Origin: an uncultured Clostridia bacterium
GTDB lineage: Bacteria; Bacillota; Clostridia; Oscillospirales; Butyricicoccaceae
Direction: 5' to 3'
NCBI GenBank assembly: GCA_947648385.1
Contig: CANSNO010000002.1
Span: 482-64,481, forward strand
Length of the DNA: 64,000 nt
This document shows positions 45,392 through 54,868 of this stretch, one piece after another. Made by a program: the position numbers and the translations under genes. Every line of letters starts with the position of its first letter. The stretch's first letter is position 1. A model generated the notes under the pieces. It ran no database searches and had not been told where the DNA came from. It saw only the letters and a program-made list of their open reading frames with translations.

Positions 45392-45925
45392 ATGGCGCGA
45401 CCGAGCAAGTCAGTCGCGGTGATAGAGGACGAAAAAAAGAGCCACCGCACGAAGGCCGAAAAGGATGCCAGAAAAGCGGCGGAGCAAGGCTTGACCAGCG
45501 GCGTCAAACTGGCTGAACAGCCGAAAGTCAGGGCCGACAAAACGGCCCACGCGGAGTTTAAAAGGGTCAATAAATTGTTGCAAAAAGTCGGTAAAAACGA
45601 CGCCCTTTATGAGGGAATAATTAACAGATATTGCCTTTTAAAAGCCGAGTGCGCCGACTTTGAGGCAAAGCGCCAGCTTTTCGGAGAGAACCTCGACCGA
45701 CTGATAGAGGATGACAGACTGGAGGCGGGAGAGAAATACCGCCTCGAGGCTCAGATGCAGGCGTCTATAATCGCCGTCGACAAGCAGATACAGTCCAAGC
45801 GAAAGATGATGCTGGATATCGAAAAGGAGTGTGCCATGACGGTGGCCTCGGCGCTGAGAAGCATACCCAAAAAGGTGGAAGCCGAAAGGAACCCTCTGCT
45901 GGAGGCGCTTATGGATGACGCTTAA
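45392..45925 (+). CDS. Terminase small subunit (P27 family)
   Basis: MARPSKSVAVIEDEKKSHRTKAEK... then FKRV...L...D..L...YC, the characteristic P27-type layout next to HNH and TerL. Confidence 0.8.
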   Translation: MARPSKSVAVIEDEKKSHRTKAEKDARKAAEQGLTSGVKLAEQPKVRADKTAHAEFKRVNKLLQKVGKNDALYEGIINRYCLLKAECADFEAKRQLFGENLDRLIEDDRLEAGEKYRLEAQMQASIIAVDKQIQSKRKMMLDIEKECAMTVASALRSIPKKVEAERNPLLEALMDDA

Positions 45926-47600
45926 AGGAGGCAGGGGCGAGGAATACGCCCGCGCCTGTCTGGCTGACAGAAATGGCAAGACCCCGAAATATGTAAAGCT
46001 ACAAGCTAAAAGCTGGCTTGATATTCTCGACGGCAAGGACAAAGAGGCCTATGTTGACGAGAAGGCCGTCAGGCGTTTGGGCCGCGTGCTTAAGCTGATG
46101 ATACATCCCGATTTGGGCGTCAGTATGTACGAGGGACTGGAGCCTTACGCCTGGTTCCTGATAACGGCGGTTTTCTGTACGCTGGGCCGTGCCGATGACA
46201 GCCGTTACTACGAGACGGCGGTTTTGGAGATAGCGAGAAAAAACTTCAAGACCTTTAACGCGGCCGTTATTTTTATCCTGCTTATGCTGACAGAGCCCCG
46301 CTTTTCCCGCTTTTTCAGTGTGGCGCCAGACCTCAAGCTGTCCAGCGAACTTAAACTTGCCATACGCAAGATTATAAAATCCTCTCCCGCTCTCAGCGAC
46401 GGGAAGGTGTTTAAAGTTTTGCGTTCTGACATACGATGCCTTTTGACCGACAGCGAGTACACCCCGCTGGCATACAGCCAGGATAAGCTCGACGGCAAGC
46501 TGGCAAACGCCTTTTTGGGCGACGAGGTGGGAGCCATGGACAGCTATCCCATAGAGGCCATGCGCTCGTCACAGATAACCCTCAAGTCGAAGCTGGGAAT
46601 TATCATATCGACACAGTACCCCAACGACAACAACGCCATGCTTGACGAGATAGACAAAAGCAAAAAGACGCTGGATGGATTGCGAGACAACCGCCGGCGT
46701 TTTTCTTTGCTATATGAGCCTGACGACGAGCTTTTGCAGGGCGACAACTGGATGACCGACGACCGGGTGATATACCAGTCAAATCCCGTGGCCATAGGCA
46801 ATCCAACCGTCTTTTCGGCCATAAAGGATATGCGCGCCGACGCTATACTTTACGAGAACGCCCGTGAAAATTACCTCTGCAAGCACAACAACATCAAATA
46901 CAAGGGCCTCGGCGCCGAGGGCTATGTGGAGATAACCCGCGTAAAGGAGTGCAGGCGTGAGCTGCCAGACAGCTTTTGGCGAGGAAAGAAGGTTTACATC
47001 GGCCTTGACCTGTCCCAGACCGACGACAACACATCGGTCGCTATGGTGACGGTGGAGGGCAATGTCATATATGCCAAGGTCTGGGGCTTTATCCCCAAAA
47101 GCCGCAAGGAGTACAAAAGCAAAAGAGAGGGCGTCGACTACAATCGTCTGATAAGCGACGGCTGCTGCTTTGAGTGCGGCGACGAGGTGATAGACTACGG
47201 CTTTGTCGAGAGGTTCATCCTCGGCCTTGAGGACAGTCTGGGCGTGGAGATACTCTCGGTGGGCTATGACCGTTATAACGCCATATCCACGGTGCAAAAG
47301 CTTGAAGCGGACGGCGTGACATGCGTTGAGATAAAACAGCACTCGTCGGTCCTCCACAGCCCGACAAAGCTCCTAAAAGAAAAGATCCTCGACAGGGCCT
47401 TTGCCTACGGCAACAACAGACTGCTGGAGATCAACTTTCAGAACGCCCGCTGCACCGAGGACACCAACCGCAACAAATATGTCAACAAAAAACGCTCGGA
47501 GGGCAAGGTCGATATGGTGGTGTCCCTTATCAACGCCGTCTATCTGGCCGAGCAGGACATGCTTTTCGGCCCCGGCAATTTTATCATACAGGTGATATAA
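45915..47600 (+). CDS. Terminase large subunit
   Basis: 561 aa with an ATPase half and a nuclease half (YIGLDLSQTDDNTSVAMV..., GYDRYNA, GKVDMVVSL), in canonical position. Confidence 0.9.
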   Translation: MTLKGGRGEEYARACLADRNGKTPKYVKLQAKSWLDILDGKDKEAYVDEKAVRRLGRVLKLMIHPDLGVSMYEGLEPYAWFLITAVFCTLGRADDSRYYETAVLEIARKNFKTFNAAVIFILLMLTEPRFSRFFSVAPDLKLSSELKLAIRKIIKSSPALSDGKVFKVLRSDIRCLLTDSEYTPLAYSQDKLDGKLANAFLGDEVGAMDSYPIEAMRSSQITLKSKLGIIISTQYPNDNNAMLDEIDKSKKTLDGLRDNRRRFSLLYEPDDELLQGDNWMTDDRVIYQSNPVAIGNPTVFSAIKDMRADAILYENARENYLCKHNNIKYKGLGAEGYVEITRVKECRRELPDSFWRGKKVYIGLDLSQTDDNTSVAMVTVEGNVIYAKVWGFIPKSRKEYKSKREGVDYNRLISDGCCFECGDEVIDYGFVERFILGLEDSLGVEILSVGYDRYNAISTVQKLEADGVTCVEIKQHSSVLHSPTKLLKEKILDRAFAYGNNRLLEINFQNARCTEDTNRNKYVNKKRSEGKVDMVVSLINAVYLAEQDMLFGPGNFIIQVI

Positions 47601-49145
47601 ATGGGTTTGTTTGGATTTGTAAAAGATTTTTTTGAATACCGCGCCTTTATGCGTCAGGTGGAGTTTGAGCCCGGCCTGCTTACGGCGTTGCTGGGCCAAT
47701 CCAAGGCCACACGAGAGATGGCCTTGCAGGTGCCCTCCATAAGCGGCGGGATAGACCTTATCGCCGGAGTCATTGCCGGCACTCCGATAAAGCTATACAC
47801 CGAGGAGGACGGCGAGACTCGCGAGGTGGCAGATGACCCGCGAATAAGGCTGCTCAACGACGAGACGGGCGACGCCCTCAACGCCAACGATTTCTGGCGC
47901 GCCATGGTGCGCGATTATTATTTGGGCAAGGGGGCCTATGCCTATATCAACCGCAGGGGCAACGAGATTTTGTCTATCCACTATGTGGAGGATAAATATA
48001 TCAGCATAAATCACAGTGCAGACCCGATTTTCAAGGATTTCGACATCCTTGTCGGCGGCAGGAGTTACAAGCCCTATGAGTTTTTTCGCGTCCTGCGCAA
48101 TACCGCCGACGGCGCCGAGGGCGTACCTATAACCGAGGAGAGCTCTGAGCTGATAGAGACTGCCTGGCAGTCTCTTGTTTTTGAGCATAAGCTCGTCAGC
48201 CGAGGCGGCAATAAAAGAGGTTTCCTCAAGGCCCCTCACAGGATGGATGAGGCTTACGCCAAGGAGCTGAAGGAGGGCTTTAACCGCCTTTATACCAGCG
48301 GCGAGAGCACCATAGTTCTGCAAAACGGCATAGAGTTTGTAGAGGCCAGCAACACCTCAGTGGAGATGCAGCTAAATGAGAACAAGCGCACCAACGCCGA
48401 GGAGTTTTCCAAGATTTTTCACATTTCCCCGTCGGCTGTCGGCGGCCGCGCCGACAAAAACGATATCAGCGCGCTGGCCCGTCTGGCGGCCATACCTCTG
48501 ATGGTGGCCATACAATGCTCGCTTAACCGAGACCTGCTGTTGGAGAACGAAAAGGGAAGGTATTACTGGGCTTTTGACACCAAGGAGCTTTTAAAGGGCG
48601 ATATCCGCGACCGCTATGAGGCCTATAAAACAGCTCTTGATGCTAATTTTATGGGCATTGATGAGGTTCGCTTTGCCGAAGACATGAAACCTCTCGGCCT
48701 CAACTGGATAAAGCTCGGCCTCGACGATGTGCTCTATGATCCTCAGACCAAACAGATATACACACCCAACACGGGAATGACGGGCGGCTTGAATGAACCG
48801 TCCGAAGGTGATATAATAGAAATATCTCAGACAGCCGAGGCGCGCGCCAATCCCTACCATGACCCGGCAAACGGCAGGTTCACCTCCAAGGGCGGAGGTG
48901 GACGAGGCGGGAAAAGTCTGGGCGCCAAACGCTCGGAAAAATATGCCCGTTCAAAGCCGCGCAACCGAAAGGGCAAGCAGATTAACCCTAAAAGGTACGC
49001 CAGACTTTGTGGCACGCTGAATACGAGATATCCCGGGTTGAAAGCAGGAGAAAAGCGTATGATACGAGATAGTAATTATACATATGAGGTGACTGCTGAC
49101 GGCTTTGGCGGCATGAGTATAGACAGGTACGAAAAAAATAAGTAA
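47601..49145 (+). CDS. Portal protein (HK97 family) with a ~120-aa basic C-terminal extension
   Basis: The portal core covers residues ~20-395. It is followed by NPYHDPANGRFTSKGGGGRGGK and a K/R-rich tail. Confidence 0.85.
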   Translation: MGLFGFVKDFFEYRAFMRQVEFEPGLLTALLGQSKATREMALQVPSISGGIDLIAGVIAGTPIKLYTEEDGETREVADDPRIRLLNDETGDALNANDFWRAMVRDYYLGKGAYAYINRRGNEILSIHYVEDKYISINHSADPIFKDFDILVGGRSYKPYEFFRVLRNTADGAEGVPITEESSELIETAWQSLVFEHKLVSRGGNKRGFLKAPHRMDEAYAKELKEGFNRLYTSGESTIVLQNGIEFVEASNTSVEMQLNENKRTNAEEFSKIFHISPSAVGGRADKNDISALARLAAIPLMVAIQCSLNRDLLLENEKGRYYWAFDTKELLKGDIRDRYEAYKTALDANFMGIDEVRFAEDMKPLGLNWIKLGLDDVLYDPQTKQIYTPNTGMTGGLNEPSEGDIIEISQTAEARANPYHDPANGRFTSKGGGGRGGKSLGAKRSEKYARSKPRNRKGKQINPKRYARLCGTLNTRYPGLKAGEKRMIRDSNYTYEVTADGFGGMSIDRYEKNK

Positions 49146-49160
49146 AGGGAGGCGTGAGAG

Positions 49161-49544
49161 GTGAACAGTTTAACCGATTATCAGCAACATATGTTGGATA
49201 GGTTTTTTGACGAGGTTTTCGGCAAATGGCCAAAATCCTTTGACATAGGGCTTGTGTTGACACTTGACCGTCTCATAAACGGGCCTTTAGAAGAAAACAA
49301 TGAGCTTTTAGCGTTTGAATATATTAAAGCTTATCCCGATGCAACTCTTTATGATATTTATCAATATTGGAGAGACCACACAGAGTATCCTTCCGACCCT
49401 GACTGGGTGTGGGATTTATCGGACGAAGAGTTTGAGGCCATGTTCCCTGAAAGGTTTGAGGATGACGACGATGAGGAAGGAATGACCGATCGTGAGTACG
49501 CCCAGATGATATACGACCGATACAAGGTGTATAAGAAAGACTGA
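49161..49544 (+). CDS. Acidic 127-aa protein between portal and protease (hypothetical, moron-like)
   Basis: GTG start behind GGGAGG. Lower GC than its neighbours. D/E-rich (FEDDDDEEGMTD). Confidence 0.5.
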   Translation: MNSLTDYQQHMLDRFFDEVFGKWPKSFDIGLVLTLDRLINGPLEENNELLAFEYIKAYPDATLYDIYQYWRDHTEYPSDPDWVWDLSDEEFEAMFPERFEDDDDEEGMTDREYAQMIYDRYKVYKKD

Positions 49545-49560
49545 AATGAATAATTTGAAG

Positions 49561-49591
49561 AGCATCTGATTTAACAGTCAGGTGCTTTTTT
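49561..49591 (+). terminator. Hairpin plus U-tract, copy 1 of a repeated element
   Basis: AGCATCTGA-TTTAACAG-TCAGGTGCT followed by TTTTT. Confidence 0.65.
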
Positions 49592-50199
49592 CATGCCTGA
49601 AAGGAGGGATAGCTATAAAAATCGAAGTAAGAGGCGAGGATGTGCATATCAGCGGATATGTCAACGCCACGGAAAAAAAGAGCCGCCCCGTGATGACGCC
49701 TCACGGCAGGGTGGTCGAGGAGATAGAACCGAGGGCCTTCGCGGGGGCGATACAGAGGGCGGGAAATATACCCCTGACGGTCGACCACGGGGACAAGGTC
49801 TACGCCTCCACCGCCGACAGAACACTGGAGCTGAGGGAGGATGATATCGGACTTCACGCCGATGTGAGGGCTGTCGACGCCGAGCTGGCCGCTTATGCCA
49901 GAGAGGGCAAAATCAAGGGGTGGAGCTTCGGCATGTACAATGTGGTTGACGAGGTGGAAGAGAGAAGCGGCGATTTGCCGCTGAGGCGCGTCAAGGGCCT
50001 TGACCTTGACCATGTGACCCTTGTGGTCAATAAATCGCCCGTTTATTCGGCGACATCGGTGGAGGTCAGAGCAAACGGCGAGCTGGCCATGGAACAGCGC
50101 GGCCACGAGGAGACACCTGAGGTGACCGAGACAGCACTGCCCGATAACAGCCTTTTTGAGTACCGCATCAAGCTGGCGTCCATAAGGCGCCGCAAATAG
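49582..50199 (+). CDS. HK97-family prohead protease (start codon uncertain)
   Basis: KIEVRGEDVHISGYVNATEKKSRPV....TVDHG....ST...L.L.ED..GL....V is an S78 protease pattern. The track GTG at 49582 lies inside the hairpin stem. The strong RBS AAAGGAGGG (49600-49608) is followed in frame by ATA at 49615. Confidence 0.85.
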   Translation: MLFSCLKGGIAIKIEVRGEDVHISGYVNATEKKSRPVMTPHGRVVEEIEPRAFAGAIQRAGNIPLTVDHGDKVYASTADRTLELREDDIGLHADVRAVDAELAAYAREGKIKGWSFGMYNVVDEVEERSGDLPLRRVKGLDLDHVTLVVNKSPVYSATSVEVRANGELAMEQRGHEETPEVTETALPDNSLFEYRIKLASIRRRK

Positions 50200-50227
50200 T
50201 CATTTCACAATTTAACAGAGGGAAAAG

Positions 50228-50260
50228 AGCATCTGATTTTAAAAGTCAGGTGCTTTTTTT
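50228..50260 (+). terminator. Hairpin plus U-tract, copy 2 of the repeated element
   Basis: AGCATCTGA-TTTTAAAAG-TCAGGTGCT followed by TTTTTTT. Confidence 0.65.
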
Positions 50261-50288
50261 ATACAAAAACAAAAATAAGGAGGACAAA

Positions 50289-51443
50289 ATGGAAAATCTC
50301 AAAGCACTGACAGAGAGACACAACGAGCTGGTCTCCCAGATGGAGGGAATAATCTCCGTGGCCGGCACCGAACAGAGGGCCTTGTCGGAGGAGGAAAGAA
50401 ACAACTTTGACGCCCTTGAGCAGGAGCTGAAGGATGTTGACGCCACCCTCGACAGGGAGCAGAGGGCCAGAAACGCGGCTATCAGACAGCCCAGCCAGCC
50501 CAGCGGAGAGACGGTCGAGGAGGCCGAGGAGCGCGCCTTTGCCGACTATGTCATGGGCCGCGTCACCGAAATGCGCGCCGGCGAGCAGAACCTGAGCATG
50601 GGCAACAACGGCGCCGTTATACCCACCTCTATCGCCAACCGCATCATCAAGGCCGTGAAAGACCGCTGTCCCATTCTGGAGGGAGCCACCCTTTACCGCG
50701 TCAAGGGCACCCTGAAAATACCCGTTTGGGGCAAGGCCAACACAACACACGATATCACCGTGGGTTATTCCACCGAGTTTAACGAGCTGACAGCCGACAG
50801 CGGCAAGTTCACCTCGGTCGACCTGGGCGGATATCTGGCGGGAGCCTTGACCCTTGTCAGCAAGAGCGTGGAAAACAACGCCGTTTTCTCGGTGGTCGAT
50901 TTTGTTGTCGACCAGATGGCTGAGGAGATAGCGTTGTTCCTTGAAAAGGAGCTGTTGACAGGCACAGGAAGCAGCGCGGCTCAGGGCGCGCTGAACACGA
51001 CCAATGTGCTGACGGCGGCGTCGGCCACGGCGGTGACGGCCGACGAGCTTATCGAGCTTCAGGCCAAGGTCAAGCAGGCATATCAGGGTTCGGCATGCTG
51101 GACAATGCACCCCGACACCTTTACAGCCATAAAGAAGCTCAAGGATAGTAATAACCGCTATCTGCTTCAGGACGATGTGACGGGCGAGTTCCCCTACCGC
51201 CTGCTGGGCAAGCCGGTCTATCTCAGCGACAATATGCCCGCTCTCGCCGCCGGAAAAACGGCCATACTTTACGGCGATTACAGCGGCCTGTCGGTCAATA
51301 TTCGTGAGGATATCTCCATTCAGGTATTGTTGGAGAAATACGCCACTCAGCACGCCATCGGCGTTGTCGCATGGTTTGAGTTTGACTCCAAGGTGACCGA
51401 TAACCAGAAGCTGGCCGCGCTGACCATGAAGGCGGCGTCCTAA
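50289..51443 (+). CDS. Major capsid protein (HK97 family)
   Basis: TAAGGAGGA RBS before ATG 50289. An N-terminal delta-like coiled coil (LTERHNELVSQMEGI...) is followed by the capsid fold region. It follows the protease. Confidence 0.9.
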   Translation: MENLKALTERHNELVSQMEGIISVAGTEQRALSEEERNNFDALEQELKDVDATLDREQRARNAAIRQPSQPSGETVEEAEERAFADYVMGRVTEMRAGEQNLSMGNNGAVIPTSIANRIIKAVKDRCPILEGATLYRVKGTLKIPVWGKANTTHDITVGYSTEFNELTADSGKFTSVDLGGYLAGALTLVSKSVENNAVFSVVDFVVDQMAEEIALFLEKELLTGTGSSAAQGALNTTNVLTAASATAVTADELIELQAKVKQAYQGSACWTMHPDTFTAIKKLKDSNNRYLLQDDVTGEFPYRLLGKPVYLSDNMPALAAGKTAILYGDYSGLSVNIREDISIQVLLEKYATQHAIGVVAWFEFDSKVTDNQKLAALTMKAAS

Positions 51444-51444
51444 A

Positions 51445-51735
51445 ATGACCCTCAGTCAGCTCGACGGGGGAACCGTCGCCGGCTTTCTCAGGCTTGAGGA
51501 GGGGGACTATAACCCCTCCGAGCTTGAGCTTGTCATGGCGGCGGCCAGGGGATATATGACCTCATATACCCACCTGACCGCTGAGGAACTGGACAAATAC
51601 GAGGATGTGGCCGTGGCCTATCTCGTACTTTGTCAGGCCATGTATGACAACCGCAGTCTGACGGTGGAGGAAAAGGGTGTCAATCCCGTGGTGCAGAGTA
51701 TACTCAATTTTCATGTCAGGGGGCTGGCCTTGTGA
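51445..51735 (+). CDS. Head-tail connector protein (gp6-like)
   Basis: 96 aa, LRLEEGDYNPSELELVMAAARGYMTSYT, directly after the capsid gene. Confidence 0.7.
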   Translation: MTLSQLDGGTVAGFLRLEEGDYNPSELELVMAAARGYMTSYTHLTAEELDKYEDVAVAYLVLCQAMYDNRSLTVEEKGVNPVVQSILNFHVRGLAL

Positions 51736-52067
51736 ATATTGACCCAGGGAAACTCAACAAGTCCATCGAGATATACGAGAGGGAGCAGGGGCGCGACTCC
51801 GATGGCTACCGCAACGGCGATAAGAAGCCGGTACACAGGTGCAGGGCCATGTATTCGGCTCTGTCGGGCACCGAGCTTATTAAAGCCGGAGCAGACTTCG
51901 GCGAGGTAAAGGTCAGGTTCCTTATAAGGCACACAAAAAAGCCTCTTTCCCGAAAAATGACCGTAGTGTACGCCAAAAAGGAGTTTGAGATAGAGTATAT
52001 CAATACCTACGGCGACGGCAGGGAGTATATCGAGCTGTGGTGCAAGAGGAAAACGCTGGAGGGCTGA
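51732..52067 (+). CDS. Head closure / head-tail adaptor protein
   Basis: GTG start overlapping the previous stop. KLNKSIEIYE......DGY........RCRAMYS.LSGTE....G......V.F.IR is a head-closure family pattern. Confidence 0.7.
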   Translation: MNIDPGKLNKSIEIYEREQGRDSDGYRNGDKKPVHRCRAMYSALSGTELIKAGADFGEVKVRFLIRHTKKPLSRKMTVVYAKKEFEIEYINTYGDGREYIELWCKRKTLEG

Positions 52068-52068
52068 C

Positions 52069-52407
52069 ATGACGATAAACGAACTTATCATTGCCGCGGT
52101 CACACCTGTCGTTACGGTATGCGTGCCGGGGATATACGACGGGGATGAAAAGGTGTATTGCACATTCAATTACGACGAAAGCGGCGTGCTTTTCGCCGGA
52201 GACGAGCCGCAGATGACGGTCTACGCCGTGCAGATACATCTTTATCTTCTGGCAGACATTAACCCGCTTAAGATAAAGCGCGATTTGACCCGCGCCCTGA
52301 TATCCGCTGATTTTGAGCGTCCCACCGTGATAGAGGCGGGAGAGGGCGACGGTCAGCATTATGTCTTTGAGACCTCATATATCAAGGGGGCGGAAGAGGA
52401 TGGCTGA
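52069..52407 (+). CDS. Neck / tail-completion protein (hypothetical)
   Basis: Called from its position between the head-closure and gp10-like genes. 112 aa, no firm motif. Confidence 0.5.
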   Translation: MTINELIIAAVTPVVTVCVPGIYDGDEKVYCTFNYDESGVLFAGDEPQMTVYAVQIHLYLLADINPLKIKRDLTRALISADFERPTVIEAGEGDGQHYVFETSYIKGAEEDG

Positions 52408-52816
52408 TTTAAAGACCGAGGGCCTTAACGAGCTTATCGCCAGTCTTGACAGGCTTTCGGGCCTGTCAGACGGTGAGGCTGAGAAAATGCTGGCGGCTGA
52501 GGCGGAGGTTCTCATGGAGGGGCAAAAGCAGACGGGCCGCTCTATGGGCGTGCATCGCACGGGAGTAACTCTCGACTCGATTTCACATACGGGTCTGAAA
52601 ACCGACCGTGAGGGTAAACGCGCCATGTATGTCACCTTTAACGGCGTTAACGCCCAGGGCAATCGCAACGCCGAGGTGGCCTTTATAAATGAGTTTGGCC
52701 GCAAAAATATGAAGGCCCGCCCTTTTATCCGCACAGCTAATCAAAAATACGGGGAAGCGGCTGTAAAGAAGGCCGAGGAAGAGTACGACAAAATCTTAAA
52801 AGAGAAAGGATTTTAA
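52400..52816 (+). CDS. HK97 gp10-family neck protein
   Basis: ATG 52400 overlaps the upstream stop. MADLKTEGLNELIASLDRL...AFINEFGRKNMKARPFI is a gp10-family signature. Confidence 0.7.
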   Translation: MADLKTEGLNELIASLDRLSGLSDGEAEKMLAAEAEVLMEGQKQTGRSMGVHRTGVTLDSISHTGLKTDREGKRAMYVTFNGVNAQGNRNAEVAFINEFGRKNMKARPFIRTANQKYGEAAVKKAEEEYDKILKEKGF

Positions 52817-52819
52817 AAT

Positions 52820-53404
52820 ATGAGCAAGGTACAGATGGGCATGAAAAAGCCCCTGTGGGCAAAAATCACCACCGAAACAGCCGGCGCTCTGCCTACATAC
52901 GCGACAACGAGAACGGAAATAGGCGAGGCTATTGCCGGCAACCTGACGGTCAATACAACCTCCGGAGAGCTGTATTCCAATGATACGCTCAATATCCGTG
53001 ATGAGGAGTTTCTGAGCGGTACGCTGGCATTGGAGACCGACGGCCTTGACGATGAGGTGGCCTCGGATATATTCGGCGCTACAAGCGTCGACGGTCTTGT
53101 CACCTATGCGGCGGGCGATGTGGCCCCTCATGGAGGTCTGGCATACTACACCCCCATGAAGGACAAAACGGGAAAGAAATATTTTCGATGCTATTTCTAT
53201 CCCAAGGTGCAGGCTGTTATGGGCGGAAAAAACTCGGCTACCAAGGCGGGCTCCATAACCTTCCAGACGGCAAGCACCAATTTTACGGTCTATGCCTGTG
53301 AGAGCGGCGCCTGGATGCTCAACGAGACGGTGGAGACCGAAACAGAGGCCGTCGCCTGGTGCGAGGAGAAGCTGGGCAAGCCGGCAGCCGGCGGCGGTAA
53401 CTGA
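52820..53404 (+). CDS. Major tail protein
   Basis: 194 aa, immediately upstream of the chaperone/tape-measure pair. KPLWAKITTETAGALPTY....EIGEAI. Confidence 0.7.
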   Translation: MSKVQMGMKKPLWAKITTETAGALPTYATTRTEIGEAIAGNLTVNTTSGELYSNDTLNIRDEEFLSGTLALETDGLDDEVASDIFGATSVDGLVTYAAGDVAPHGGLAYYTPMKDKTGKKYFRCYFYPKVQAVMGGKNSATKAGSITFQTASTNFTVYACESGAWMLNETVETETEAVAWCEEKLGKPAAGGGN

Positions 53405-53811
53405 TGCAGGCGGCGCAGGTCAGGCTGGGCGACAGGGAATACAGCCTGGTTTATAACGGCTATGCCATGTTTGAGCTGGAGGAGCTTTGCGGCGGGGCGA
53501 CGGCCCTTTTTGAGGAGTTGGACAAGGGCGGCATAGAGGGCTTCCGCCTCCTTTGCCGCGCCTTTGCCCTTTTGAGCAGGCAAGGGGAACTTTGCCGCAG
53601 GAGGCTGGGCTATACTCCGAGCGACGCGGCCGAGGCCGACGCCCTTGAGGAGCTTATAATGCCCTTGGACATTCCCCACGTCAAACAGGCCGTATACGCC
53701 GCTATTTTGTCGGGCTACGGCAGAGAGGTCGAGCCTGAGGAGGACACCGACCTTGTGCTGGCCGAACTGGCTCAAAAAAAAAGAACAAAATCACAAAAGC
53801 CGAATATATAA
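53404..53811 (+). CDS. Tail assembly chaperone (G-like, zero frame)
   Basis: Located between the major tail and tape-measure genes. Ends shortly after an A9G slippery run. Confidence 0.7.
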   Translation: MQAAQVRLGDREYSLVYNGYAMFELEELCGGATALFEELDKGGIEGFRLLCRAFALLSRQGELCRRRLGYTPSDAAEADALEELIMPLDIPHVKQAVYAAILSGYGREVEPEEDTDLVLAELAQKKRTKSQKPNI

Positions 53812-53917
53812 GATGCGGCCTTATGCTTGGCTTATCGGCCCAAGAGACGATGGAGCTGTCTCCCGGGCTTATTTTTGACCTGTTGGAGCTTGCGAACAGA
53901 AGCGGAAAGGAAGAATA
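53404..53917 (+). CDS. Tail assembly chaperone -1 frameshift product (GT-like)
   Basis: Slippery A AAA AAA at 53775-53781. The -1 frame reads KNKITKAEYIRCGLMLGLSAQETMELSPGLIFDLLELANRSGKEE and stops at 53915-53917, 1 nt before the tape-measure ATG. Confidence 0.6.
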
Positions 53918-53918
53918 A

Positions 53919-54868
53919 ATGGCCGTAAGAACAATATCGACAAAACTTGCCATTGAGGGCGAAAACGAGTATCGCCGCACGGTCGGCAATATAAATAACT
54001 CTCTCAAAAGTATGCAGTCGGAAATGAGCCTCCTTGAGGCCCGTTACGCGGGTCAGATGTCCTCACAGCAGGCGCTGGCCGAGAAAAGCAGCCTACTGAC
54101 AAAGCAGATTGATTTGCAAAATCAAAAGAGAGACCAGACGAGGGCCGGGCTGAAAAACGCCGAGGAAGCTATGAAAAGGCACGGCGACGCGGTTGATGAT
54201 TGTACCCGCAAAATAGCTGAGGCCGAAGCCCAGCTTGAAAAGCTCGACAAGGCTTCAGCCGGAGCTAAGGAGAGCCAGAAAAAGCTCAACGCCGATATAA
54301 AGCAATATCAAAAAGAGCAGGAGACGGCCAAGGCCAAGCAGGACGCGGCGGCCAAAGGCGTCGAGGAGTGGCAGCGAAAGCTCAATCTGGCCGAGGCCGA
54401 CCTGATAAAGGTAAATAACGCCCTTGACGAGACAAATAAGAGCCTCAGCCGTTTTACTGCCGAGACACTCAAAAAGAGCGGCGAGACTCTCTCAAATGTG
54501 GGCAACAAGCTGACCATGGGTCTGACATTGCCCCTTACGGCGGCGGGAACTGCGGCCGTCAACTACGCCAGCGAAACCGAGGAGTCGGTCAACAAGGTCA
54601 ACGAGGCCTTCGGCTCGTCGGCGTCGGTCATACAAAAGTGGTCGGAGGGGACCCTGACCTCTATCGGTCTGGCGCGAGGCACGGCCCTTGATATGGCCGC
54701 CCTTTACGGCGACATGGCCACATCTATGGGTCTCGGCACCGACAAGGCCGCCGAGATGTCAAAGGAGCTTGTCAATCTGGCCGCCGATCTGGCATCTTTT
54801 AAAAACATCTCCATCGAGCAGGCCAACACGGCCTTAAAATCCATATTTACCGGCGAGACCGAAAGCCT
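53919..54868 (+). CDS. Tail tape measure protein, exon 1
   Basis: Coiled-coil N-terminus, then the TP901-type core ...FKNISIEQANTALKSIFTGETESL. The unspliced frame stops at 54893 after 8 extra codons. Confidence 0.85.

Noticed and set aside
50259-51353. 364-aa minus-strand ORF
   Set aside because: It lies antisense to the major capsid gene.
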